A DNA stretch of 64,000 bases, from contig CAVVUN010000002.1 in assembly GCA_963751455.1 (NCBI GenBank), positions 352,001 to 416,000 of the forward strand. The letters are read 5' to 3'. Below, piece after piece: positions 38,492 to 48,900 of this stretch. Source of the stretch: Nitrospirota bacterium. GTDB lineage: Bacteria; Nitrospirota; UBA9217. How positions within the stretch are numbered: the stretch's first letter is position 1; every line of letters starts with the position of its first letter. The notes below the pieces were generated by a model. The model made no database searches and was not told where the DNA came from. It saw only the letters and a list, made by a program, of their open reading frames with translations. A program made the position numbers and the translations under genes.

Positions 38492-39700
38492 TCATATCTT
38501 CTCCAGCGCCTGCTTCAGGTCCGCGATCAAATCATTCACATCTTCCAAGCCGAGCGCCAGCCTTACCAGGTTGTCAGACATGCCGATCTTCTTCCGGTAG
38601 TCCTCGGGATAGTCGAAGAATGACATCATCCACATCTGCGTGACCAGGCTTTCGCTTCCGCCGAGGCTGGGCGTGATGAGAAAAAGTTCGAGGTTGTCGA
38701 TGAACTTCCGGGTCGTCGCATCGTCTCCTTTTACCAGGAAGGTCACGATGCTGCCGAAGCCCTTCATCTGCTCCTTCGCGATCTTGAAGTCCGGGTGCGA
38801 TTCCAGACCGGGATACCATACCTTTTCGATCTTGGGATGCGCCTCGAGCATTTTGGCAACGGCCATTCCGGCCTTGTTGTGGTGCTCCATCCGCAAGCCG
38901 AAGGTTTTCAGTCCCCGCTCGAGAAGAAAGCAGGTGAGCGGACCGGGCGTTGCACCGATCATGCGCTGCATGCGGTAAACATCGTTCATCAGCTGATCGC
39001 TTCCCAGAGTCACTCCCGCCAGCAGGTCGTTATGTCCGCCCAGATACTTTGTTGCCGAATGAATGACCACGTCCACGCCCATGTCAAGCGGCCGGACGTT
39101 ATAGCAGGTGGCAAGCGTGGCATCGATGATGGTCCGCACCTTATGCTGTTTCGCAACCTTCACGATGGCAGGCAAATCGAGGCAGCGAAGATAAGGGTTG
39201 GTCGGTGATTCGGTGAAGATGATGTTCGTATTCGGCCGTATCGCCTTTGCGATCGCCTCGGCAGTCGGGTCGACCAGCGAGACCTGGATGCCGAATTCGG
39301 CGAGCAGGTTCGCTGCAAAGTCGCGAGTCTGGCGATAACAGTCGCTTGTAAAGATGATGTGGCCGTCGCGCCGCATGAAGGTCATGATCGTCAGGATAAC
39401 AGCCGCCATGCCGGTGGAGAACAGGACAGCGCGCTGCGCTCCCTCCACTGCCGCGAGTTTCCGCTCGCACTCTTGCTGGGTCGGGTTGCCGTAGCGGCCG
39501 TACTCGTGCTCGCGGATGACCTTTCCCTCGCTCTTCGCTTTCATGAAGTCGTATACTTCCTGCGTATTGTTGAAATAGTAGTTCGAGGTATGGGCTATCG
39601 GCGTGGACACCGCGAAATTGGCATGCTCCACGCGGTCCAGGCCGTGTATCGCCAGGGTGGCGGGGTTCCAATTCTTCGGTTCGGACGGTTTCTTAGACAT
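38492..39700 (-). CDS. metB: Cystathionine gamma-synthase (plant-like)
   Basis: [28 protein letters not shown] (PLP Lys) and SLGGSESL. Confidence 0.85.
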   Translation of the reverse strand: MSKKPSEPKNWNPATLAIHGLDRVEHANFAVSTPIAHTSNYYFNNTQEVYDFMKAKSEGKVIREHEYGRYGNPTQQECERKLAAVEGAQRAVLFSTGMAAVILTIMTFMRRDGHIIFTSDCYRQTRDFAANLLAEFGIQVSLVDPTAEAIAKAIRPNTNIIFTESPTNPYLRCLDLPAIVKVAKQHKVRTIIDATLATCYNVRPLDMGVDVVIHSATKYLGGHNDLLAGVTLGSDQLMNDVYRMQRMIGATPGPLTCFLLERGLKTFGLRMEHHNKAGMAVAKMLEAHPKIEKVWYPGLESHPDFKIAKEQMKGFGSIVTFLVKGDDATTRKFIDNLELFLITPSLGGSESLVTQMWMMSFFDYPEDYRKKIGMSDNLVRLALGLEDVNDLIADLKQALEKI

Positions 39701-41039
39701 GCAGGACGCTCCTTTTCTTTAAAGCATGGTTCAACGCTTCCTTCACGGCCTCCACAGTGGGCGGAAGCTCGATAGGTTTGTTGGCGTATTTCACGGGGAA
39801 GTCCAGCTTACCTTCATGGTACTGTACTTTGAAATCCGTAAATTTGAGCCCATGGGCCGTGGATATGACCACTACTTTCTCCGTTTTATCGATCTTGCCG
39901 GATTTGAGCAGCTTGATCAGCGCTGCCAGGGCCACGCCGGTATGCGGGCAGTTGAACATGCCTGTCATATCGCCCAGCATGGCGGCATCGGACAGTTCCT
40001 GCTCGGTAGCATCCATGACGATACCGTCGAATTTTTTGAGCGTCCGAATTGCTTTATCCACACTTACGGGATTGCCGATCTGGATGGCGCTCGCAAGCGT
40101 TTTCTGCGCCTGGATCGGCTCAAAGCTTGAGAAGTTCTTGAGGTATGAGCGGTAGAGGGGATTGGCCCGCTCTGCCTGTGCTACGACTATCCTGGGCAGC
40201 TTCGTAATAAGACCGAGCTCGCGCATCATTAAAAGTCCGCTTCCCAGGGCCGACACGTTGCCCAGGTTCCCACCCGGAATGATGATAACATCAGGCACTT
40301 CCCAGTCGAACTGCTGGACGATCTCGATGCCAACGGTTTTTTGTCCCTCTATCCGGAGCGAGTTCATGGAATTTGCAAGGTAGATGGTCTCATCTTTGGT
40401 GATCTCCTGCACCACGCGCATACACCCGTCGAAGTCCGTGTCGAGCGACAGAACGAGCGCTCCGTTTGCAATAGGCTGAACGAGTTGCGCGATTGAGATC
40501 TTGCCTTTGGGCAGGAGTACTATGGCCTGGATGCCGGCGGCGGCACAGTACGTTGCCAGCGCGGCCGAAGTGTCCCCGGTCGAAGCGCAGGCAACCGCCT
40601 TGATCGGCGCGCCTTCGCTGATCATCTGTTTCACCTGAGAAACGAGTACGGTCATGCCGAGGTCCTTGAACGACCCGCTGTGCGAATTGCCGCAGAGTTT
40701 GATCCAGAGGCTGTCGAGACCGATCAGGCGGCCGAGGCGCTCGGCCCAGAACAGGTTCGTTGCACCTTCGTACAGCGAGACTACGTTGTCATTGTGTATG
40801 TTGGGAAGGACCCATTCCTTTTTGCCCCAGATTCCGGAGCCGTAGGGCCATTCCGTGGATTTGTAGCGCTCCTCGAAAAGCTTCATCCAGGCCGTGGCGC
40901 TTCGGTGCGCGAGGACCTGCATGTCATGCCGCACCTCGAGGAGAGAGTTGCAGGTCTTGCAGCGGTAAATAACTGTATTGAGCGGATACCGTTCATTGCA
41001 CTGCTCGTTGATGCATTGAAACCAGGCTTTATAGGGCAT
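39693..41039 (-). CDS. thrC: Threonine synthase (plant-like subfamily)
   Basis: [36 protein letters not shown] and PGGNLGN. Confidence 0.93.
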   Translation of the reverse strand: MPYKAWFQCINEQCNERYPLNTVIYRCKTCNSLLEVRHDMQVLAHRSATAWMKLFEERYKSTEWPYGSGIWGKKEWVLPNIHNDNVVSLYEGATNLFWAERLGRLIGLDSLWIKLCGNSHSGSFKDLGMTVLVSQVKQMISEGAPIKAVACASTGDTSAALATYCAAAGIQAIVLLPKGKISIAQLVQPIANGALVLSLDTDFDGCMRVVQEITKDETIYLANSMNSLRIEGQKTVGIEIVQQFDWEVPDVIIIPGGNLGNVSALGSGLLMMRELGLITKLPRIVVAQAERANPLYRSYLKNFSSFEPIQAQKTLASAIQIGNPVSVDKAIRTLKKFDGIVMDATEQELSDAAMLGDMTGMFNCPHTGVALAALIKLLKSGKIDKTEKVVVISTAHGLKFTDFKVQYHEGKLDFPVKYANKPIELPPTVEAVKEALNHALKKRSVLHV

Positions 41040-41287
41040 AGATACCACCTCTGCTGCTTCTTGCCGCCGGTTCGCGCCCGTCGGCTTGGAAAATTATTAC
41101 AAAATTACTTTGAGAACATCGGAAAATATAGCATACCAGAGTCTCAATAATCAATGCAAATGTTGCGAAGAGCGGTTGAAGCGAAGGCGGGCTTCTGCAG
41201 GTGCGGTTCGGGTCAAAATTGACTTTTTGCTCATGCGGAGAGATACTTAGCCAAAAAACGGTTTCTCACATCGAGGAGGGATCATCC

Positions 41288-41695
41288 ATGAAACGAAACC
41301 CGGCAACAAGGTTGTCCACACTGGCGGCAGTACTGATTTTGAATGTTTTGTTCGTATCCTGCGGGGGCGGGGGAGATAATGACAGTGCAAGCGGCGCGGT
41401 ATCCACGGTCCAGACCGTGACGTGTCCGGCGAGCGGTACAGTGGATGTATCTATCCAGGACTTCTTGTTTAGTCCCTCAACGCTGTCAACTCCGGTAAAC
41501 TCGATTTTAAAATGGACGAATAACGGCATCTCCGTCCACACTGTCACGAGTACCGCTGTACCCGCAAATGGCTCGTTTGATTCTGCCGGCATCGGCCCGG
41601 GCAATTCGATCTGTTTCAGATTTACGGCAGCCGGCATTTTCAATTACTTCTGTTCAATTCATCCCCAAATGACGGGGACTGTGACGATTGAATAG
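41288..41695 (+). CDS. Cupredoxin (plastocyanin/amicyanin-like) lipoprotein
   Basis: Lipobox FVSC, HTVT, and YFCSIHPQMTG type-1 copper ligands. Confidence 0.88.
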   Translation: MKRNPATRLSTLAAVLILNVLFVSCGGGGDNDSASGAVSTVQTVTCPASGTVDVSIQDFLFSPSTLSTPVNSILKWTNNGISVHTVTSTAVPANGSFDSAGIGPGNSICFRFTAAGIFNYFCSIHPQMTGTVTIE

Positions 41696-41744
41696 GATGC
41701 TTAAAGGCCAGAGGCGCATAGAGCATAGCGCAAAGGGCAGGCCA

Positions 41745-43121
41745 CTACGACATCATTTCCTTGATGTTTTTGATCAGGTCGTTGACAGCCTGCTGTGCGC
41801 TCCCATAGAGCATCCGGGTATTGTCAGCATAAAAGAGGGCGTTCTCGATGCCTGAATAGCCCGCGCCTTTTCCGCGCTTGATCACGATCGTGTTGTGCGA
41901 ACGGTCCGCATTCAGGATCGGCATCCCGTAAATCGGGCTCGCTTTGTCGGTCCTGGCAGCGGGATTGACAACGTCGTTTGCGCCTATTACGAGCGCAACG
42001 TTCGCCTGGGAAAACTCTTCGTTTATTTCCTCCAGGTCGAAGATCCTGTCGTAGGAAACTCCGGCTTCTGCGAGCAGAACGTTCATGTGCCCCGGCATCC
42101 TGCCTGCCACAGGGTGGATGGCGAATTTAACATGGACCCCGGCTTCCTCCAGCAGGACGCTCATTTCCTTGACCTTGTGCTGGGCCTGCCCTACAGCCAT
42201 CCCATAGCCCGGTACGATGATTACGTTACGGGCAAAGCGAAGAAGCGACGCTGCGTCCAGAGGAGAAATTTCCTTCAGAGCGCCCGTAATGCCCGTACCC
42301 GGAATCCGGGCCTCGCCGGTTATGGGCTTGAACAGGATATTCGTTAGCGGCCGGTTCATTGCCCTGGCCATTAACTGGGTAAGCAGGGTGCCTGCGGATC
42401 CCACAACGATTCCGGCGATGATCAGGGCCGGATTGTTCAGAACATAGCCTTCGAAGCCGACCGCGAGCCCGGTCAAGGCATTAAAGAGCGAGATTACGAC
42501 AGGCATGTCCGCTCCGCCAATCGGCAGCGTGATGACGACGCCGAGGACGAGCGCGAGGACGAAAAAGATGATGATCTGAAGAGGGCTCGCGGCGCCTGCG
42601 ATAAGATTCACAGCTGCAGCAAGGGTCACGGCAGCGAGTATGATATTAACGGCATTTTGCGCGGGGAGCCGGAACGTTTTCTTCATTATGCCCTGCAGCT
42701 TGGCAAAGGCGACGAGAGAGCCGGAGAACGAAATCGCGCCTATCAGCGCGCCGAGGGTCGCAAGCCCGGTAACGAACAGTCCGTCCGGTTCTCCCTTGGA
42801 AAGCTCGATTGCCGCTATTGCCGCTGCCGCCCCGCCGCCCATGCCGTTGTACAGAGCGACCATCTGCGGCATGTCCGTCATCTTGACCACCCTGCCGGAC
42901 CACCAGGAGAGAGAGCCGCCGATAAAAAGCGCCACGATCATCAGCGCGTAATTCTTCATATCGGGCCAGGCGAACGTGACAAGCGTCGCAAGCAGCATGC
43001 CTGCTCCGGCCCAGAGTATGCCTCTCCGGGCTGTTATTGGCGAGGACATGCCCTTCAGGCCGAGAATGAACAGGATCGCCACGACGAAGTAGCTGGCATT
43101 GATGAGGAGTTTCGCAGTCAT
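41745..43121 (-). CDS. pntB: NAD(P) transhydrogenase subunit beta
   Basis: MPQMVALYNG, GGADMPVVIS, HPVAGRMPGHMNV and GANDVVNPAA. Confidence 0.97.
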   Translation of the reverse strand: MTAKLLINASYFVVAILFILGLKGMSSPITARRGILWAGAGMLLATLVTFAWPDMKNYALMIVALFIGGSLSWWSGRVVKMTDMPQMVALYNGMGGGAAAAIAAIELSKGEPDGLFVTGLATLGALIGAISFSGSLVAFAKLQGIMKKTFRLPAQNAVNIILAAVTLAAAVNLIAGAASPLQIIIFFVLALVLGVVITLPIGGADMPVVISLFNALTGLAVGFEGYVLNNPALIIAGIVVGSAGTLLTQLMARAMNRPLTNILFKPITGEARIPGTGITGALKEISPLDAASLLRFARNVIIVPGYGMAVGQAQHKVKEMSVLLEEAGVHVKFAIHPVAGRMPGHMNVLLAEAGVSYDRIFDLEEINEEFSQANVALVIGANDVVNPAARTDKASPIYGMPILNADRSHNTIVIKRGKGAGYSGIENALFYADNTRMLYGSAQQAVNDLIKNIKEMMS

Positions 43122-43158
43122 AGTTTTGAATACAACTTTCAAAAAACCAAGAGCAGTT

Positions 43159-43285
43159 GGGACGCAGAAAAATCGGATAAACGCAGATTTAAAAAATGTC
43201 TGGGCTGAAGGGCCTCGGAATCACGGTACCGCAGGAATCTTAAGATTTTCTGTTTATCCGCGAAAATCCGCTTTTATCTGCGTCC
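43159..43285. repeat. Inverted short-period (ACGCAGAT-type) intergenic element
   Basis: ggacgcagaaaaatcggataaacgcagat pairs with tttatccgc..atccgcttttatctgcgtcc. Confidence 0.7.
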
Positions 43286-43308
43286 AGATGCTGTTTCCTG
43301 GGTGGTTG

Positions 43309-43602
43309 TTATTTGGGTTTTCCCCCTTCGCCTTTCTTGAACATCGCGAGCATGCGTTCCGTCACTACGTAGCCTCCGGCCGCGTTGGCGGCGCCCAGCA
43401 GTACGGCGACAAAGCCGATCGCCTGCTCAAGCGGGGTCCGCGCTTCGCCGAGCGCAACCATGGCGCCCACCAGCACCACACCGTGGACGAAATTGGAGCC
43501 GGACATCAACGGAGTGTGCAGGATAACGGGTACGCGCGAAATGACTTCGTAGCCGGTGAATGCCGCGAGCATGAAGATATAAAGCGCAGCGAATATTTCC
43601 AT
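43309..43602 (-). CDS. pntAB: NAD(P) transhydrogenase subunit alpha part 2
   Basis: LHTPLMSGSN and GGYVVTERMLAMF. Confidence 0.95.
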   Translation of the reverse strand: MEIFAALYIFMLAAFTGYEVISRVPVILHTPLMSGSNFVHGVVLVGAMVALGEARTPLEQAIGFVAVLLGAANAAGGYVVTERMLAMFKKGEGGKPK

Positions 43603-43616
43603 GGAAATCTCCGAAA

Positions 43617-43784
43617 GAGTGTCAAAGTATCAAAGTGTCACAGTGTCAAAGCAGTGTCGCATCACAGCAGTGTCAAAGCATCACAGTCAAAGTTCTTGGA
43701 CACTCCGATGCTCTGACTCGATGACACTGCTTCAAAGCAAGTTCTTCTCTGATACTCTAATACTCTGACTCTATGACACTGCTT
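43617..43784. repeat. Octamer-like GTCAAAGT/ACTCTGAT inverted arrays
   Basis: gtgtcaaa gtatcaaa gtgtcaca gtgtcaaa faces ctctgata ctctaata ctctga..tgacactgcttt. Confidence 0.8.
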
Positions 43785-44913
43785 TACCGACCCCCTCCAG
43801 CACCTTCCTTACTCCCTCGTGCCGTATCGCACCCTCGTGTGTAAAAACGCTTCCGGCCAGGATTTCGTCGTTCCAGTCGAGAACGAGCTCGCCGTCTTTT
43901 ATGAAGGGCGAAAGAAAGTTGAACAGGTTCCTGGCATACATTTCGGAAGCGTGGACCGGCATGCGGGAGGCCAGATTTGACGTGCCGACAATGCTGATAC
44001 CGTCCTTGACCACTGTTTCACCCGGAAGGCTGCCTGCAACGTTGCCGCCGCTGTCAGCCGCCATGTCGACGATGATCGCTCCCTTTTTCATGCGCATGAC
44101 CATGTCTTCGGTAATTATAAGAGGACTTTTTTTGCCGGGAACCGCCGCGGTTGTAATGAGAACATCAGCCTGCGCCACGGCCTTTGAAAGTTTTTCCTTC
44201 TGGGACTTTTTCTCATCAGCAGTCAGCTCGCGGGCGTAACCCCCGGCCCCGACAGCGGCCACACCGGTGTCCACGAAGCGGGCCCCGAGGGATTCAACCT
44301 GCTCCCTGGTCTCGGGCCTCACATCGTAGGCTTCGACAATCGCACCGAGCCTGTGAGCGGTAGCGATTGCCTGCAGCCCTGCGACCCCTGCACCGATGAC
44401 CAGGACGCGGGAGGGACGAAGCGTTCCGGCTGCGTACGTGAGCATAGGAAAAAATTTCGGTGTTATGACGCCGGCGATCAGGGCGCACTGGTAGCCGGCT
44501 ACTGTGGCCTGTGAGGACAGAGCGTCCATGCTCTGGGCGCGCGATATGCGGGGGATGAGCTCCACAGCGAAGCTTGTAATGTTTCTCTCGCAGAACAGCC
44601 TGGCCCTGTCCCCATCAGCGAATGGATGGAGAAAGCCGATCAAAACGGTGCCGGGTTTCATCATGCGTATCTCGTCGAGGTCCGGAGGCTGCACCCTGAG
44701 GATGACCCGCGCCCGTTCTAAAACCTGACGCGAGTCGGACACGATGCCCTGTACGCCGAACTCCTCGTCAAGGATGAAGCTGCCTGCGCCTGCATCGCGT
44801 TCGATGCAGAAATCCGCGCCGAGAGCCTTGAATTTTTTTACCACATCGGGTACGACTGCCACACGCCGCTCGCTCTGCGTAGTTTCCTTTGTCACCCCTA
44901 TTATCAGAGGCAT
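43771..44913 (-). CDS. pntAA: NAD(P) transhydrogenase subunit alpha part 1
   Basis: ERRVA, PRISRAQSMDALSSQ, GAGVAGLQAIATA and GGYARE. Confidence 0.96.
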   Translation of the reverse strand: MPLIIGVTKETTQSERRVAVVPDVVKKFKALGADFCIERDAGAGSFILDEEFGVQGIVSDSRQVLERARVILRVQPPDLDEIRMMKPGTVLIGFLHPFADGDRARLFCERNITSFAVELIPRISRAQSMDALSSQATVAGYQCALIAGVITPKFFPMLTYAAGTLRPSRVLVIGAGVAGLQAIATAHRLGAIVEAYDVRPETREQVESLGARFVDTGVAAVGAGGYARELTADEKKSQKEKLSKAVAQADVLITTAAVPGKKSPLIITEDMVMRMKKGAIIVDMAADSGGNVAGSLPGETVVKDGISIVGTSNLASRMPVHASEMYARNLFNFLSPFIKDGELVLDWNDEILAGSVFTHEGAIRHEGVRKVLEGVGKAVS

Positions 44914-45100
44914 AAAAGTCCTCCCAAGCCGGGGCTGTGAAAGCTGTTTTCAATTCATAGCTACTATTAGTATATCATTGTTCACATCAGCCGGAAGTGT
45001 TCAAACAGTTGGTCGTGATTGCCCGGGATCAAGAGAGAGTTACACCGCGAATAGGACACGTGTTTCGCCGGTACTTGAAGCTAGTTATACATCGTGGACA

Positions 45101-45136
45101 AATGTTATCCAATTTGTTATAATGTTATAACATAAT
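45101..45136 (+). promoter_or_regulatory. Probable vapBC promoter/operator
   Basis: TGTTAT three times, a perfect palindrome ATGTTATAACAT (45122-45133) and an overlapping TATAAT. Confidence 0.55.
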
Positions 45137-45155
45137 GCGAAGGAGGTATACCACC

Positions 45156-45392
45156 ATGACCATTTCCAAGACTACTGTTAAGGGCCAGGTAATTATCCCC
45201 GCCCCGCTGAGAAAGAAATATAACATCAAAAAAGGCACCCGCGTCGCCATATCTGAAGGGGAAGGGAACGTGATCGTGATAAAGCCGCTCCCTGATGACC
45301 CGATCGAGGCATCCAGGGGGATGTTGAAAGGCAAAACGTCGTTGATGAAGGCATTGCTCAAGGACCGCAACGAGGAGGCGAAGCGTGGATAG
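45156..45392 (+). CDS. AbrB/MazE/SpoVT-family antitoxin
   Basis: TVKGQVIIPAPLRKKYNIK.G; AGGAGG RBS. Confidence 0.9.
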   Translation: MTISKTTVKGQVIIPAPLRKKYNIKKGTRVAISEGEGNVIVIKPLPDDPIEASRGMLKGKTSLMKALLKDRNEEAKRG

Positions 45393-45789
45393 CTCCTATG
45401 TCCTTGACAGCTATGCACTGCTTGCCCATTTTGAAGATGAAGCAGGCGGAGAACAAGTCAGAAAGATTCTCAGGGCTGCCCAGACAGGAAAAACAAAGCT
45501 TTTTCTTTCGGTTATTAACTTCGGAGAGCTTTATTACAATACGCTTCGCGAGCGCGGCCGCGAGAAAGCGGAGGAAGTGAGATTTATTACGGTACAGCTG
45601 CCGGTCACGATCGTCAATGCCGATATGGACATTACCTTGGAAGCGGCGCGGCTCAAGGGGAAGCACCCGCTGGCGTATGCGGACTGCTTTGCTGCCGCCC
45701 TCGGCATCCGTAAAAAGGTAAAGGTGGTAACAGGCGATCCTGAATTTAAAAAATTCGGAGAGCTGGTGGCAGTCGAGTGGATCAAATGA
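45385..45789 (+). CDS. vapC: VapC-family PIN toxin
   Basis: YVLDSYALL, N.GEL.Y, LAYADCFAAA and VTGDPEF; overlaps the antitoxin gene. Confidence 0.92.
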   Translation: MDSSYVLDSYALLAHFEDEAGGEQVRKILRAAQTGKTKLFLSVINFGELYYNTLRERGREKAEEVRFITVQLPVTIVNADMDITLEAARLKGKHPLAYADCFAAALGIRKKVKVVTGDPEFKKFGELVAVEWIK

Positions 45790-45904
45790 AAATCTTGCTG
45801 CCGGTGTCTTAGTCCCTCGCCTGCGGAATGACCTCAGTAGCAGTTACCCCACCCTTGCTTTTTCCTGTTTCCTGGATTATGTTTGACTTAGAAGGAAGTT
45901 TGTC

Positions 45905-48900
45905 ATGTCGGTATCCAGCCTTTCATTCTTTCACCCCCTCATTCAGAAATGGTTTCGGCAAAAAGTCGGCGCCCCGACCGATATCCAGGAAAAATCATGG
46001 CCCGAGATCGCTGCAGGGAGGCACGTGCTCGTGACCGCACCGACCGGATGCGGCAAAACGCTGGCAGCTTTTTTGTGGGCCTTGAACCAGCTGATTACCG
46101 GCTCCTGGCCCCGCGGAAACATCCGGGTTCTCTACGTTTCTCCGCTCAAAGCGCTCAATAACGATGTCCGCCGGAACCTGCTCAAGCCGCTTGCGGAACT
46201 CAAGGAGGTGTTTGCAGGCGCGGGATCTCCATTTCCGGACATCTCCGTGCTCACCCGGAGCGGGGATACGCCGGCTGAAGAACGAAGAAAAATGGTCCGC
46301 AACCCTCCTGAAATACTAATCACCACGCCCGAGTCCCTGAATCTCCTGCTCACATCCGTGAGCGGCCGCAACATGCTTCGCGGCATCCAGACGGTCATTC
46401 TCGACGAAATCCATGCTGTGGCGGCGACCAAGAGGGGGACACACCTTATTACCGGTGTTGAGCGGCTTGTCCTGCTTTCGGGCGAATTCCAGCGCATTGC
46501 ACTCTCCGCTACGGTGAATCCTGTTGAACGCATAGCGGAATTCGCAGGCGGTTATCGCAGGTTCGGAAAGGGAAAGGACAGTCGTTATGAAAAACGGCCG
46601 GTCTCAATCATCCGGTCCATCCAGGCGAAGACGTTCGAGGTCAGGGTTTCTTTTCCCCGCGACGCACGCGAGAATATGGTTGACGGTTCATGGTGGCCGC
46701 CCCTGGTAGCTGCTTTCAAGAACCTGATCGCCGAGCACCGGTCGTCGCTTCTCTTTGCGAACAGCCGGAGAACCGCGGAAAAAGTGACGCGCATGCTGAA
46801 TGAAGGGGAGCAGGAAGAACTGGTTTATGCGCACCACGGGTCTCTTTCACGCGAGATCCGTCTGGCAGTGGAACAGAAGCTGAAAAATGGGGAACTCAGG
46901 GCGATCGTAGCAACCAGTTCCCTTGAGCTCGGCATCGATATCGGCAGCCTCGACCAGGTGATCCTTGTGCAGACTCCGCGTTCGGTTTCCTCCGCTATTC
47001 AGCGTGTAGGCAGGTCAGGCCATGACGTGGGCGAGAAAAGCCGGGGCGTAATCTTCCCGACGCACGGACGCGACTTCATCGATGCCGCGGTGACTGCGCG
47101 CGCAATCCTGGAGCAGGACATCGAAGAAGTCCGGCCGGTCCAGGCCCCGCTGGATATTCTTGCGCAAGTCATCCTTTCCATGACAGCAGCCGAGCGCTGG
47201 GACATTGACGATTTATACGGGTTCCTAAAAGCAACCTACCCATACCGCGACCTGCCCCGAAGGCACTTCGATCTCGTGATCGAGATGATGGCCGGCAGGT
47301 ATGCGGACACGCGCTTGCGGCAGCTGAAGGCCCGTGTCTCTCTCGATCGCATCGACAACACTATCCAGGCCCACAGTGAGGTCCGGTACCTGATTTATAC
47401 ATCGGGCGGGACCATTCCCGAAAGGGGGTATTTCGATCTCAGGCTCAAAGACACACACACTAAGATAGGGGAACTCGACGAAGAATTCGTCTGGGAGCGT
47501 TCCATCGGCGAAACATTCACCCTGGGCACCCAGCTCTGGCGCATAGAGAATTTTACCCATAACGACGTTGAAGTGACGCCGGTCCGTTCCGCGCCGGCGA
47601 TTGTCCCTTTCTGGAAAGCCGAGGAGCAGGACCGGGACTTCCACCTGTCTGAACGAATCGGGCTTTTTCTTGAAAATGCGGAAATGAAAGTGCATTCGGC
47701 GGATTTCAAGCAGGAGTTGATGGGGGCAAACGCCATGGAAGATACGGCAGCCGGCGAGCTGATCGGGTTCCTGAAGCTGCAGAAGGAGGCAACAGGCAGC
47801 AGCCTCCCGCACCGGCATCATCTCCTGATTGAACATATCGAGGAGGGCGCCGGACAAGGCGATCTGAAGCAGGTGGCGCTGCATACGTTCTGGGGCGGCA
47901 GGGTGAACCGGCCGTTCGCGCTTGCCCTTTCGCAGGCCTGGGAAGAGCAGGAGCGAACGCCGCTTGAATTCATAGAGACTGACGATGCTGTTCTGCTCAT
48001 GCTCCCGCGGTCCATCGGGTCCAGGGAACTTTTCAGTCTTCTGTCTCCGGAAAATGTGGAGGCCTTCCTGAGGAAAAAGCTGGAGCAGACGGGCTTTTTC
48101 GGCGCCCGGTTCCGTGAGAACGCGGAGCGGGCGCTCCTGCTTCCAAAACCGGGTTTCAGGCGCCGGATGCCCCTGTGGCTGATCCGGCTCCGGGCCAAGG
48201 AACTGATGGCCGCGGTCCGTTCCTACGAAGACTTCCCGATCCTTCTCGAAACCTGGCGCACCTGTCTCAGCGATGAATTCGACCTCGAGAACCTGAAACG
48301 CGTCCTCGAGGAGGTCCGCGTCGGCCGCATACGGGTGACCGAAACCGTGACGCGATCAGCATCTCCTTTTACCGGGCAACTGGTATGGAAGCGTACGAAC
48401 CGCTACATGTATGAAGACGATACGCCGCTCTCAGCCGGGCAGTCTGCGCTTCGGCCCGATCTCATTCGGGAAATCCTGTTTTCGCCCCATCTGCGTCCCA
48501 AAATTCCTGCTGACCTGATTCGCGTTCTCGATGAAAAGCTCAAGCGTACTGCAGCAGGATACGCGCCGGGCTCAGGTCCGGAGCTGCTTGACTGGATAAA
48601 AGAGCGGCTGCTGGTTCCGCTGCCGGAGTGGAAGGAGCTTGCGGCCGCAATACGCCGCGATTATGACGCTGATGCCGTTGCCCGGCTCGCTGAGAACCGG
48701 ACAAAGCTTGCGTGGGTGTCATGGCCCGGAACCTCCCATCCTCTTTTAACAGCGGTTGAAACGCTCCCGAAGGCGCTTGTTGCCTTCCGGATGCTGTTCG
48801 ATGATGTTACGGTCAAGCCTGTGACGGAAGATGAAACCGTCGAATCCTTGAGAGGCAGGATCAGGCATTATCTCCGGGATGTTCCCGAACCGGTCGTCCC

